A stretch of 64,000 bases of DNA from Paramecium tetraurelia (lineage: Eukaryota), in NCBI GenBank assembly GCA_000165425.1, contig CT868163.1, positions 434,001 through 498,000 on the forward strand, in the 5' to 3' direction. Numbering within the stretch: position 1 is the stretch's first letter; each line of letters begins with the position of its first letter. The position numbers and the translations under genes are program-made. Under the pieces are notes generated by a model, which was not told the origin of the DNA, ran no database searches, and saw nothing but the letters and a program-made list of their open reading frames with translations. Shown here piece by piece: positions 1 through 13,796 of this stretch.

Positions 1-1275
1 GTCTTATTCTAAAATGAACTATTTTGGATCAAACTGCTATTATAAATCATCTAGATCATCCCAATTAATATAGCTTGCATCCTTTTAAACAGTCTCATTT
101 TTTTTTTATTTCATTCTGCATCTTTCAGTCAGATTTACCCTTGGAAAATGAATTTCTACAGTATGTCTTTCTTTTTTGACACTTTCAAATCTTGCATTTG
201 GTTTTGGAAGCAAGAAAATTTTTCTTTCATAAAGTTTTTCTTGTGTTAGAATTTCACTATGTTCTTTAGAGTTAAATGGTTTACCAATTAATTACATTTT
301 CCTTCTATATTATTTTGGATCTATTAAGCCCAAATAGTTATAGAATAAATCATTCTGTTCTGGAAAGGTTATTTAAGCAAGCTTGATAATAACCATTTAA
401 AAATTTTCATATTTCAATTCCATTTAAGGATTTGCATTCTTTTTATATATTTCAACTAAATTAAATTTAGTAACTATAAAGTTTTACTTATGATTGAATT
501 TAAACTGATTTTTATGCTTATTTATAATTATATCCAATTTACCACCTAACTTAAGGATTAAATCATTAGTAATTTCTAAATCTATTATTTCAAAATCTTT
601 GCAAAAAAACATAAACTTTTGTAAAATCATAATGTTAGACAATTATAACAGTTTTTCAAAGGTATTATATTTATTTGCTGTGATTGATTATTTTGAATAA
701 AATTAAAAAATCTCTTTCAAATTTCCAATCATTTGCTTATCAAGTGGTTTTGGTTTAACAACTTCTTCTTGAATAGCTTATTATTCTACTATCTAAACAG
801 TTTGTTATATATTTTGATTTTAGTTTTTATTGCCAATTTATAACATAACCTACTTATGTTTATCTATCTAATGGTGGGTAGTGTTGTCAGTATTCATGAC
901 AATTAATTGAGGTGATAATTTCTCTTGATTTGCTGTTTAAATTTCGAATAAATCTTATTAAGAAAAGGGTTATTTATGATTCACCTTATTTAATATTTGT
1001 TTTCCATCAAACTTTATATCATTCTCTTTGACATCAGCTTATGATAAATCACCTGAGCTAATCAAAATATTAGTAACATTTTCTTAATCTTACTAAATCG
1101 CCATATTATGATTCTGAATATCAAATATATTTGCTTTGCTGCTTTGCCAGCTTTAAGTATTTTTAGAGTTTAATGATATTTGATTGGATTGCAAAGATGA
1201 CTATTTTGGATTATTTTACTTTTATGGTTAAGTAAGGTGATTTATTATCATTGATTGCTCAATAATGTTTGTCAT
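1..1275 (-). CDS. Hypothetical protein, 3' end not resolved at the window edge; weak EF-hand/p25-alpha-like helical segment
   Basis: Code-6 frame from ATG 1275 (MTNIIEQSMIINHLTQ...) containing LKEIFQFYSKQ...TFEKLLQLSNIMILQKFMFFCKDF. Confidence 0.55.
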
Positions 1276-1741
1276 TAATAATATTTTTTGTTCATTAAAT
1301 CAATTTATTCAATGCTTTCATAATGAATGCTAGGATGAATAATATATATAATAATTTATAAAGTTAAAGAATTATATGGGGTGCTTAATGACAAAAGTGT
1401 TTTAAGATCTAAAATGCAATTACAACATTATTAAGACCTAAAGGAAGCAAAAAATATACCAGTATATTTTATAGATGTATAGGCATGAATTTTTTAATAA
1501 TTTCTCATAAGAGTATCAAGTGATAGTCCAATTAATAAACAGATTTATAAAAAATCTCATTTTAATCAAAAAAATAAATAATATGAAATAAAATGTAGGG
1601 AAACTGAATCCAACATCATAATTACATGAGAAAAAGGTAATCATTTGATTTCAGTAAGGTAACCTTTATTTTTTAACAAGTGAATGAATCAAACTTAAGA
1701 TAATGTTAATAAAAATTAAATAACTAAATGAATACAAAAGT

Positions 1742-2972
1742 TCATGTTTTTCGCATAGTATTAGTCTTTTTCAGAATCTCCTAACTATTTTCATATTACT
1801 TATCAATCAATTCTAAATCTAAGCATTTTTTGCTTTAGTTTCTTTTGCTATTTTGGTCGCTAAAACTTTTAGCTCTCTAAATGTTATATAGATAAATTTA
1901 AATACTGAACTAAGATACTCATATTTTATTTGGTTTTATTTATTATTGGAATTGTTGATATATTGTATATTTTAAGGGATGTTATTCTAATACAAGGACT
2001 TAGAACCTGATCTTGTATTATCAGCAAAATAATTTTAGGGTTTTGTATTATTATTTGGTGTTTTGGAAATAGATTACTGCAACGGAATTTGAAACTCGAA
2101 TCCTGCAAAGGAGTTTTTATTTTAACAAGATTAGGCTATATTTTGGGATCCTCCAATATTAAGGAGAACCTCTAAGTAAAAGATTGATTTTATACATACA
2201 TTTAGTTGCTTATTAACTGTTCAAAAATGCAGAGGGTTCTTCAACAACAGTTGATAATCTTTATTCTTTAATTTTAATTTTTTTCATTTCAAGTTATTTA
2301 GAGTTTTTCATATTTTCTTTAGATCCTTATAGTTGTAATTGTTTAGAGGAAAGAGTGCATGGCTATGTAAATTGTTTTCTTTCAGTGTTATTTTTGGTGC
2401 TTTAAGGGAGCGAAATACCTTCCATATTTAGAGTAGCTTTTACACCTTATTGCCCCATTTTGTTGAAATTCTTAAAGACTTCTGTTGATGGTTCTGTTAC
2501 CTAATTTTCAGGTTCGAAGTATTATTGCATTTCTCGGTTGATACTCTCATAAGCACTATCAAATGGTGTACCTTAATAATTAACTATGGACATCTAAAAT
2601 ATGAATAAATTAACCTTTTTGGGATTATTTAATTCATTTTGAAGGTTGTCGTTGTTGTAAATCTCTGTATCTTCGAACTTTCTGAGAAAGAAATCATCTG
2701 GCTCAGTTTTATGTACCATCTTTCGAATAGGAGAGATTGGCATTTGTTATGGTTTCTTGTTGGGTTTAGAGAAGTATTACAATATCTGTTATATGAGAAT
2801 AGTCTAAGTATTATTAATAGGATGATACATTCTGATTTTGTTGTTTAGAATTCTATACTTGTAATTCCATGATTTAGGTAAACACTTTAGTCCAACTTTT
2901 AAGAGTCTTTTTAATTGACTTGATATCATTGGCTAATTGATCTCTAACTAAGACGCCTTGTTCATCCATCAT
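1742..2972 (-). CDS. Hypothetical Ser/Thr/Pro/Gln-rich protein
   Basis: ATG 2972 (MMDEQGVLVRDQLANDIKSIKKTLKSWTKVFTQIMELQ), short GT..AG introns, TGA at 1742-1744; no family motif recognised. Confidence 0.6.
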
Positions 2973-3004
2973 AGTTGTTATAATTAAATATATAAATATC
3001 GTTA

Positions 3005-5731
3005 ATGAAGAATTATGCATCACCCCAACTATAATAAAGTGGTAGAGGGAGTATTTAAGACAATCCTTATTATATGGAGTTAAAATCGAAAAAAAGTAAT
3101 TCCAAAATAGCCAACACTGAAAGAACAAGCGGTAAAAACACTAAACAGGACTTGTTGGAATACTTCAAAAAAGAGCGAAATACTCTGACCTAAGTAACTA
3201 ATAGTATTAAAACGTAACTTCAATAAAATCGATCCATCGATAATTTGAATAGTCAGAAGAGTGAGCGATTCAAAACTCTCAATGCCCAATATCAGTAAAT
3301 TCCCCTGTCTTTAGATCAGAGGCTACACACAGATGAAGGAAATAACATTAAACGATAGCTTATAAAGGGAAAGAATCTGTCCCTTGCCACAATTCAGATG
3401 GAATCAAAGTAGTAGAAGATAAATAGCAAACAAAGCAAAGTGAATCAAACACCATAAAGCGCTTATAAGATGCCAAAATCTACAGTAGATCAATATTTTC
3501 AAGACATGCAAATAAAAAGTGCAAAGCAATATAAAAATCATCCACAGATAGAATATCAGCAATATTTCAATATTAGGCCTAGCAAAACCTCATTGTTGCA
3601 AGAGTCTCAAGCATTAAAATAATCAATTGAACATATCTTGTCGAAAAATAAGGGAGATTCTAAAAAACATGTTAAGAGAGTTGACTCAACTGAGCCTCGT
3701 TCCATCAATCAATCTACTCAATATAAGGGGGAATCCAGCAAAAAGATTAACAGAGCTGAAGAATCAAACCATTATGACCCCAAGAAGTAATTAAAAATTG
3801 TACTATTTTATAAGAATTAAAAGTAATTTGTTTTTAATATTTAGATATAATTATTTATTTGATTACCAAAACAAAACAACTGATAACTTATATAATTACT
3901 TGATCCAACAAATAGGTTGCATCGAAAAATCATTTGCTAAGCAAGGTGGAGGCACAGGATCAACTGAGGAAGATCAAATTTAATAAGGTACATTCTATAA
4001 TACTAGTATTAGAAATCAACAAAATATGTCAATTTTATTGTGTCTAAAAGAATGTCCCATATGATTATTATCTAAGTCTCCCAAATTTATCATTGCATGT
4101 GTTTTAAGGAATTACTCTACAATTATAACCATTAATTGCTTAGTCTGCTTCAGGCAAAAGAGTAAATTTGAAAGACTTTGCACTTGTAAAATGCATAGGA
4201 GTAGGTGGATTTTCGAGAGTTTATTTAGTGAGAAAGAGAGATAACGGGAAATTTTATGCACTTAAATTGATTGATAAAAGCTTTATCATGGAAAATCAAA
4301 AGGAAGTTATTGTTTAGAATGAAAGAGACATAATGGTTAAAATGGATAATTAATTCATCACTCCATTACATTTTGCATTTGAAACGAAATATTATATTGC
4401 CTTTGTTCTTGATTATTGTGCAGGGGGAGAATTATTCTTTCATTTAAGAAAACTTAAAAGATTGAGTGAGTAAGATGCCAAATATTACTTTGCTGAAATA
4501 TGTATAGGAATGGCATATCTACATGCTTAAAATATTGTTTATCGAGACATTAAACCTGAGAACATCTTATTGGATTTGCAAGGACATCTCTTACTTAGTG
4601 ATTTTGGACTAAGCAAACCCAACATGTCTCCAGAAGATTTTGCTTATTCTTTTTGTGGATCCCCTGAATATATGGCTCCGGAGATGCTTCTAAAGAGCGG
4701 TCACAACTATTTAGTTGATTGTTATTGCTTAGGAGCATTGCTCTATGAATTAGTTACAGGATTACCTCCATTCTATTCTCATAATACTCAAGAAATTTAC
4801 AATTCAATCTTGACGGAACAAGTATTGTTTCCTCCCTATGTGTAAATATCGGACTTGTTAAAAGACTTGATTTATCAATTGCTTGAGAAGGACCCCTCAT
4901 AGAGAATAGGGTAGACCTAAGGAGTCATTGAAATCCTAACTCATCCTTGGTTTGCTGATGCGGATTTTGAAGCCATAGTTAATAAATCAATCAAGCCCCC
5001 ATATAAACCAGAGCCCTTATAATATAACTTCGATGAGGAAGAGTTCAATAAAGGAGATGTAGAATTTAGAAAATAATACAATGCAAACTTGCAAAAAGAA
5101 TATGTAACATTGCAATATTAATTTAGTATAATGATAATTTTGGTAATTACATCCTTCAAAACTTTTATTATTCCAGAGAAGATCTACCAGAATCACCAGA
5201 ACACAAGTCAAAAAGATCAAATGTTATTGATTTAACTCAACTTCATTTTGAAGGTGTGCCTGAAGAATAGAGTTCTCCAGAAAGAGTTGGAGTATTCAAT
5301 CTAATTATTCAATAGGTTTATACAAATGATTTCAGAAGAGTATAAAAGTATTAAGGAAAATCAGATATTCAGGATTTTTTAAAAAGAAGTGATCAAAATA
5401 ACAATAAATCATCTTCTTTGATTTAATCTTCAAAAATAAGTCATGCTTATTCCAAAACTATGCAACAATAGCATTCGCATACTGATTTACAAGTAGTTCT
5501 TTTATTAATCAAATCTAGACTCTTAGATTGATGATCGATTCTACTAAAATGTAACTCAGTTCTGAGAGAACACCCACTTTGCCTGAAAATTAAAGTTCAA
5601 AGTTCTAAAACAATCGAATTAAGACTGAACAAATCTCTTAGATGTTATATCCTAAAACAACTACCAATTATTAGTTTAATAAATAAACCAATCTATAGAA
5701 ATTGTTTGGATCTGATAAAAGAAAAAAATGA
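3005..5731 (+). CDS. AGC-group Ser/Thr protein kinase (RSK/S6K/SGK/Akt-like) with long low-complexity N- and C-terminal extensions
   Basis: IGVGGFSRVYLV, YALK, YCAGGELFFHL, YRDIKPENILL, SDFGLSK, SFCGSPEYMAPE; AGC-type tail IKPPYKP; several tiny introns. Confidence 0.93.
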
Positions 5732-5792
5732 ATTAATTTTGTTGAGTGATATATTGATTTTACAATTAATTTTAAGTTTACTTAATTTATTT

Positions 5793-7795
5793 ATGATATA
5801 AGTTCTTGATCAGAATGATAGAGAAATCTACAAATATCGATTGTTACAAGGAGAAAATAGGTTTGGAAGTGATCCAAAACAATGTAAATACCTAATCCGA
5901 AATGTTCAAGGTGTTCTATTCTCTGTCGTAATATCTTCATTCTAGAAATTTAGGCTTTACTTAATAACGATGTGTACTTCACCCATTTCAGTAATACAGA
6001 TTAAGTTTTGAAAGAATCAACCTTGAAATAAGATTAAAAAGTAGAGATTCCCAAAAACTTCATAATTGAGATGGTCCCACTCAGAAATTATTATTTTTAA
6101 AACTTTAAGTTCAAATTACTTAACTCCATCGAAACAATTTAGTAAAATATCTAATGCACATTACAAACAACTTAAATCTTAGAGGATTTTAGTGGTACAA
6201 TGGCATTAGATGATATCCTGGATATTCCGTAATAAGTTGCCCCTAAGGTTTAAACCACTTAATAAATATCCACCACTTAAGTACTTAGTTCCTAAGACCC
6301 AGTCGTAACTTCTACTTTAATTTTAGATGAGGTAGATTAATCGACATTATCAAGCTTAAATGAATTAATTTCATAGTATTCAGGAATAAATTCTATGGTG
6401 AAATCAAATCACCTTTCCACTAATGACGCATAAACCTAAACAGAAATCATAGAGGCAGAACCTTAATTACAGAAAACTCGAACCTTATTTAGTGATCTTT
6501 TTAAAACTAAAAGACAAACTTCTTAAATCTCATAGTAGATTTATTAACATCCTTAATAGCCTACACTTATTGACTAAACAATGATTGATTCTCAAATGTA
6601 AAGTATTGATCAAAATTAAAATCATGACTCCTAATTTGTGAACAAGAAAGCCGAAATTAAAGGTACTATGATTGACGATGATTTAAATAAAGCATTTTCT
6701 TCATCACAAAATAAAAGTGTTGATAAGTTAGAATAATCTTAAATCAAACGTTTTAATAGTATTCAATCAGATAATGTATAAATAACATAGTCTAAATAAG
6801 AAAATAATAATTCAAAAATTGAACTAAATGATCTATTTGGTAGTTTACCTGAAATGCCAAATTAATAAATTTAACAACAATAAACAATTAAAAAGTTTCC
6901 CTAACCTAAGTCAAACATTTTAAATACTCGATATGATGATTCTTAAGATGATAAAAATAATTAATAATAAGATTAAACTCCTATTAAAGTTAAAAATTAA
7001 AAATTAAAATAAACATCTTCCATTGAGAAATAAGGAAAAAAGCAAACCAAAGGGGATTTGAAGAAAGTGGCATTGCTCAAAAAAATAACAGATGAAATTT
7101 CTGATGAAACCTCAGAAGAATCGAATTAATCAAAATAGTAGATAAGACATACTAATTCTATTGAATTGCCTGCTACTAAAATATTTTAGTAAAATGATTC
7201 TAAAAATAATAAAAAGTTAGGAAATAAAAAAAACCAATAAAAGAAAGTTAAAAATGTTCAATTAATAGCCTTTAGTGGATTTTAGCCCAATGAAATACCA
7301 CAAGCAAATGATTTAAAAAAACTAGGTTTAGAAATAGTGAACAATCAATTAGAGAAATTTGATTTGTTAGTTTTGAACAATCCTCCTAAAAGAACATTCA
7401 AATTTCTAAGTGCCTTGCTGCTTGGGGCTGAAATAGTAACACTGGATTGGTTGACTAACTCACTTAAATAAGGAAAGGCTATTTAAAAGTTCCATGATTA
7501 TGTTCCCAATAGTGATGAATTTTAAAACTCTTTCGGATTAAGCATTGAACAAATTGTTCAAAGCAGGGATACTTATTTTGAAACTAACAAGAATCTAGTA
7601 AAAATCTTTGATGGGAAATATCATGTTAAAGCAGATGTAACACCATCAAAAGCTGAAATTGAGTATCTTATAAAATTAGGAGGTGGAGAGGTACTACAGA
7701 AACCTGGGAGAAATGTCATAACCATATGTGATACCAAAGTAGGCAATTCAATGCCATCAGATTTCATATTAGATGGATGCATGTTTCAATCATGA
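5793..7795 (+). CDS. MDC1-like protein: degenerate N-terminal FHA-like domain, SQ/TQ-rich linker, C-terminal tandem BRCT
   Basis: N-term YRLLQGENRFGSDPKQC; C-term IAFSGF...KRTFKFLSALLLGAEIVTLDWLTNSLKQG...DEFQNSFGLSI...VTPSKAEIEYLIKLGGG, matching the MDC1/PTIP/Rtt107-type BRCT pair. Confidence 0.75.
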
Positions 7796-7937
7796 GAGTG
7801 TGTTTTTGAAACTTTTTATCACATTTTTTGTTAGTACATTATGTATTATTACAATTATTAATAAAAGGCTTAAGTGTATTTAAAATATTGAAACTGATTT
7901 TAAGATTCGGTTAGATTAATTTCAGGATATTAATATT

Positions 7938-8254
7938 TCATTATAAATGCTCCATCCAATCTTTTGAACCATTTATCCAACGTTCCTTATCACAAGTTGT
8001 ATTCAAACTATTATTTCTGTACATTGTGGCCATTAATAAGTGCTGAAATGCATTATATCTTTACATCAGTGAATTTTCCATCATGATTGCTCTCCTTAGG
8101 AACTGGGATGTAGGACTGTTTGCTGCCAATCAATTACCCATGAGTTTTATAGAATTGCTTTGCATGAAGTTTCATAAATTCTAATGGGATTGTAAGTAAA
8201 TTTAGTACCTTCATCTGAGAGTTCTTAAGTGTTAGTTTATTAATTAGTGCTCAT
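7938..8254 (-). CDS. Small hypothetical protein (~88 aa, two introns)
   Basis: MSTNQQTNTQELSDE / EFMKLHAKQFYKTHG...FTD / HLLMATMYRNNSLNTTCDKERWINGSKDWMEHLQ*; two GT..AG introns restore the frame. Confidence 0.6.
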
Positions 8255-8385
8255 TGTATTTTTGAAAATATAAATATTAATTAATCATTCATATTATGTA
8301 ACAACTTTTTAATATAAATTGCAATTCAAAATACTTCAGAAATAAATGATACTTAAATTATTAATATTATCAGATTTATTTACTT

Positions 8386-8661
8386 ATGGGTTGTGCTTAA
8401 ATTGTGAATCATACTCAAGAAGTTCACTAGCCTCAATTATAGAGAAATTAATCAAAAAAGACTACTTTGGAATAGACTAAGAATGACTATGATTCTCCAA
8501 TTATCTTCCCCCTCACTTTCCCTGAAGGATTCGGAAGATACAGAAAATAATAGAGAAACTCCACTGTGAAGTTGAAAAACACGATGAAAGTGGAAATCTC
8601 TCTGGACAGTAGTAGGAACACAATCCTGAAAAGAAGAACGACTCTAAATCCCTATACTTGA
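8386..8661 (+). CDS. Small hypothetical protein (91 aa) with MGC N-terminus (possible myristoylation/palmitoylation)
   Basis: Intronless code-6 ORF MGCAQIVNHTQE...ILKRRTTLNPYT*. Confidence 0.65.
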
Positions 8662-8980
8662 CTTTTGAATATAAACTTCCTTCATAATCTAAACCTTTAA
8701 TTTCTTACAAGATTATTAACTCTATCTAAATTCAAAGCCCTTACAAAACTGTCTTTTGTCCTGATTTATGATGTCAGTGACTAATTTTCAGATGAAAAAA
8801 GATTTCTCAATTTATATATTATTCACATTACTAATGTGAAAAGTAGTACGCAATTTCTGAAAAAACATAAAAATCAAAAGGGAAGGGGAGACTTTCGAAT
8901 TTCTAGGGTTAGAGTTCTAAGAATAGAATATGAATTAATAGAGAGATGTTAAATGTTTATTTAAATTATTTATTTCTTTT

Positions 8981-10775
8981 ATGTAGTTTACCAATTTGGA
9001 AGAATATTTAACTACTAGAATGCAGGAGATGTCTAAGTTTTATAATCAACTAAATATCCCAATATGTATCAAATGATTATATGATAAGATGATGAAATAA
9101 AGTATAATGTTTAAGTTAAGGAATAACAATCAGATATTAGAAGTTAAAAACATTTTGAATAAAAGCAAGAAGCTTCATAGAGTTCATTTATGAATGAATT
9201 TACAGAAGAAAATTATAATCACCTAAATCAACATGCAGACATCTTCGATGAAATACCAATAAAAGGAGCATAAAAGCCATTTGAATAATTATTACAAGAT
9301 CAGGGAATTGTGTAATAGGAGAAAAAAGATAAGAAGGAATTTCTAAAGAAGGGAACTAGATAATTCTTGTCCAATGCATAAACGAGATCTGAATTATCAA
9401 GGAGGGAACATTAGGAGATCTTGAAAATGAATAATGAAAATGCAGTAGAGTAATAATAACCAAAGAAATTGCCAGTTCATTTTTTATAGAAAGGTAAGGG
9501 AAAGCAATGCACTCAAAAAGCAAATGATTCAATATTGGATCATACTAAAAATGATGAAAGCATAATCTAATAGGATGATGATAAAAATGAATCAAAAAAA
9601 GAGAGATAATTATTGGAATAACAAAAAAAGGAATTATAAAGATTGAAAATTCAATAATAGAAATAATTAGAATAAGAGAAATAGGAATTTGAAAAATGGA
9701 AGGAAGAGGAAAAGAAAAAAATCGAGAGAATAACAAAAAAGCACTATACTATTCAATAGCAAAGATAACAATAACTAACAACAAAACAATTGGAAGAATT
9801 AGATTTCCTTAGAAAAAGAGTGGCATAATAAAATGAAGAAATAAAGGAACTAAAATTGTAATTGGAGAAATCACAGTAACAAATCTAATAATAAATGAGC
9901 AATAGTCAAACAACAAGCACTCATAATATCAATAAATTAATTGCTTAATCATCCCCTCCACAAAGTAATTATTCTACCAAAGCATCTATTGCTTCAGAAA
10001 ATAAAGCAAATTCTTATGCCGTGATGCACAATAAATAAGTTTGCATCAATGAGGAAGAGGAATTTGAATCTTAGAATGGAGAGGATCAAAATAGTTATTA
10101 AAATGGAGATAGTTATGAATAAGAGAAAATTAAGATTGATTTAATTTAGTTAAAAAGCTAACCAATAATTTCAATAGATATAATTAATGATTTGATAGAT
10201 GAATCAGAATTCGAATTTCAAAATAACAAATACTATGGATAATATTTAGATTATTTGAAATTTGATGACAAAGTCATTTAATAAAATCAATCAGCAGATG
10301 GGAAGATTTCAAGAACATATTAAAGTGGCAAAAAGGAAGTCGTTTTCAACAATGGAGTTAAAAGAGAAGTTTTTACTAATGGGTTTACCATTGTTCATTT
10401 TACAAATAATGACAAAAAGCAAACTCTGCCTGATGGAACTATAGTTTACTATTTTGGTCAAGCTAAAACTACTTAAATTACTATTCAAAATGGACCCCAA
10501 GTATTTTAATATCAATATATACATAGATCTATCGATTTTTGAATAATTAAATAGAAATTCACTTCTAAAATGGCGAGAAATAGATTAGATTCGCTGATGG
10601 AACCAAAAAGTATATATATCCTAATGGAGAAGAAGAGACTTTGTTTAGTGATGGTATATTCTAAAAGGTGGATGTAAATAAGGTTAAATACATTGAATAT
10701 CCTGATGGTAAAATTGAGATTACCTATCCGGATGGCAGAATAGAAAATTAATCTCCTAAAAAATAAAATTATTGA
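8981..10775 (+). CDS. SAS4: Centriole/basal-body assembly protein SAS-4 (CPAP/CENP-J orthologue)
   Basis: PN2-3-like motifs FDEIPIKGAQKPFEQLLQDQ and KEFLKKG, central coiled coil, C-terminal TCP10/G-box repeats ADGKISRTYQSGKKEVVFNNGVKREVFTNG...PDGTIVYYFGQAKTTQ...FADGTKKYIYPNGEEETLFSDG. Confidence 0.88.
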
Positions 10776-10833
10776 ATTTATTATATCTGTTAACTCAAAG
10801 ATTATTTATTATAAAAATTGAAGATTATAACCA

Positions 10834-12735
10834 ATGAAACAAGGCTAGGTCAAGAGGAAATTTGAGAGTATTGAATGATCCATGAAATTAGGTTTCGGCT
10901 TTTGTTCTTCAAATCCTTATGACCCTCGTGCTTAGTAAGAATTGGTGCTACATATTTCTAATCAAGTTTAAAAGGGAAATGATTTTACAATAAAAATGTA
11001 TAGTTGGATGAAGATTTCAATATTGAAACAGAAAATCCACAAAACAACGAAATTGGATCTAGCAGATTTTAGAATTCTTTATAAAAATCAAGAACTCTCT
11101 CTAAATAATGAAGATCTAGAAGTAATAAATTAAACTCATAACATTTCAGGATTATGGAATCAAAAATCATGTCACTCTAAAATTGATGGCTAGAAAATAG
11201 GCATAATAGTTGTATTTTATCAACAGCATTCACAACATATTGGAAGAATCCAAGAAAACATAAGAGTCATTTTAAAATGCCAAATGGGCAGTAGAAGGAG
11301 CATTCATGAAAGGAATTACACCTAAATTAACTGATTTTGGCACGCAAGGCACTTATATTTTGGAGGATCTAAATCATAAACCTGTGGCTATTTTTAAGCC
11401 CTACGATGAAGAAGCATTTGCGTATAAACTATAATCATCAATAGTCCCAATAATCCAAGAGGAATGAGAGCCAAAATGAATTCACCAGGACTTAGACAAG
11501 GCATTTTGTCAGGGGAAGGAGTTGATCGAGAAGTGGCAGCCTATTTGATAGATCAATAATCTGGACATTATCATAATGGTAATCATTAATATACACTATA
11601 TAGTTCCCATAACTAATTATGTATAGATTTGTCATCCTGCATTCCATGAGGCTGAGGAATACAAGTAATTTTAATACGAGAAAATCCCCATTAAAGAAGG
11701 ATCTTTTCAATTGTATATAAAACATGACGATAATGTTGGCAATTTTGGGAGTGGGTTGTATCCATCTATTGAAGCAAAAAAAATAGCCATCTTAGATATC
11801 AGAATACTAAATTGTGATAGAAATGAGGAGAACATTTTAGTTAGAAAAAAGTATATTTCTTATATATTTCCCGATTCTAGAAAAGTCAATCAACCAATTG
11901 GACAAACTAGATAAGCGTATGACTACTTTCTTATACCTATTGATCATGGATACACATTTCCAGATTCTTTCAAAATATGCAGAGATGAAGTAGTATGGTA
12001 CCATTGGGGTCAGATGACTCAAGCATTTACTTAAGAGGAGAAAATTTTTATTGAGAAGATTGATCCAATCAAAGATATATAAATTTTGAGAGAGAAGGTC
12101 AAATTAAGAGAAATCTGTTTGAGGAATGCTAGGATAGCTACGACTTTATTAAAGCTTGGTGCATAAGCGGATTTGACCATCCACGATATTTCGTAATAAA
12201 AATAATTAATTTATTAGTGAAATATTATATAGAGAAGATCCGGATGAATTATCACCTATTGAAATTGCTATTAGTAAAGCTGAACACAATTACGAGTATG
12301 TTAATATATTTTATAACCAGTAATAATATAAGAGTGCCAAAAGGATATTCAAATTTTAAAGAAAAAATATTTTCAAATAATTTAATTTAAAAATCTTTGG
12401 AATTTGATTAATCTAAGTTATAAAATGAACAAAAACCTAAAATAGGACAACCTTTCATAAAATTGGAGATTATCAGAGATGAGGATGAAAACAAAGAGAT
12501 TAAGAGAGATTAAATAATCAAAAATAATTAATAGAATTCAGACAAAAAGTTAGCTAGGGTTGGTTCTTAACAAGAAATCAAGAAATGTCCTAAACCTATT
12601 GAGAAGGTATGGAATGAAGATTTCTACTCGCATGTGACTTTCTTCTTACAACAAATTATTGATAGTAAGTTACAAGAAAAGTCCCAATCTCCTCGTAAAT
12701 ACAGAGCTAGATACATAAGTGAAGAAGTCAAATGA
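10834..12735 (+). CDS. Type II phosphatidylinositol 4-kinase (PI4K-gamma-like)
   Basis: GTQGTY, VAIFKPYDEEAFAPNNPRG, GEGVDREVAAYLID, KEGSFQLY, IAILDIRILNCDRNEENIL, LIPIDHGYTFP. Confidence 0.92.
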
Positions 12736-12819
12736 AAAAAAAGAATAATCTTAAAAATAGTTTTAGGAAAATTTTATATTATAATATTTATTGATTCAAA
12801 ATTGTTGATGAATGGAACT

Positions 12820-13683
12820 TCAATAGTGTTGGATGCTATTTTCTTCATATTCACTTTTGCTCCTCTTCTTAGAAGTGGTTAGTAATTAGAAGGAATTTAC
12901 ACTAGAAATTATAATATTATATAAATCACCTATTGCTCATTACCTACTCTTCATCACTGATGTAGTTCTATTCAATCATTTCATTATTCTCTCCTTTGAG
13001 CTACTGTTCTCCCTCCAACTCTACCAGATCTTTGAGTAGCCTATTCTTCTTGGATTGCTTGGTAGGGTAGGAAACATCGTCACTCTCTGAAGACTCACTA
13101 GTAATGCTCTTATACTATTTAATCATTAAGATAATCTCCAGAGCCTTCTTTTGTAATGGGTCATAATCGTTCAAAATTGAAATTCTTATTTAAGCTTCTT
13201 AAGATACCCTTCTCTTTAAAATTTCTACTTAATTTAACCCAACTTCATTTAAAATTCAGTCATTCTCTTTTTCATGCCACTATTCCAATGGTTCTTAATC
13301 GAGTTATCTGTTCTCCCTCTGACATGTTTGGCTATTTCAGCCCATTTATTGTCTTGATCTATTATGAGGATTTATACTTAAAGCCTTGTGATAGAGGAAT
13401 AAAATCCATTCCTCGTCCTCTTCCCAAGGGGTTTTCTTAATTGATGGATTCAAATGGTTATGCCATCTATTAAATAACAATTCACAATCACCTTTCTCTA
13501 CATTATTTTCCGATTCTTCCATCTAATTATTAAGCAATTTGAGTCCATTTTTAAGGACCAAATTCTTAAACTAATTCAATTACCCTTAGATCCTCTTCGT
13601 CAGTCCATGGTCCTATAGGACATTAGAGATTTAAAATTACTCTTGCGGATAACCTTATGTATATTTTATTTATTTTATTTCAT
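12820..13683 (-). CDS. Two-repeat (R2R3-type) Myb DNA-binding protein
   Basis: [67 protein letters not shown]...[24 protein letters not shown]. Confidence 0.95.
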
Positions 13684-13796
13684 TTATTTTAAATTAATCA
13701 AAAAGATCATTCATTATAAAATTTATTTAATATTAGATAATATTCCTGATAATAAGTTGTTAAATATTTTAATTATATTTTATATAAGATAATTTA

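Noticed and set aside
3005..5731. Many in-frame TAA/TAG codons suggesting mass pseudogenisation or readthrough
   Set aside because: They are Gln codons under the ciliate code; catalytic motifs are intact.
8768..8860. Possible box C/D snoRNA (ATGATG...CTGA) between two genes
   Set aside because: Box C is imperfect, and no terminal stem or recognisable rRNA-antisense element was found.
9545..9736. Hydrophobic F/L/I/S-rich ORFs in the track (also 18781-19050, 48664-49183, 57853-58095, 58580-59068) resembling small membrane proteins
   Set aside because: They are antisense shadows of E/K/Q-rich coiled-coil genes on the opposite strand.
13353..13385. Apparent GC-AG or 19-nt intron in the Myb gene
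   Set aside because: A canonical 25-nt GT..AAG intron gives the normal Myb spacing (HKALNNKW), so no unusual splicing is needed.
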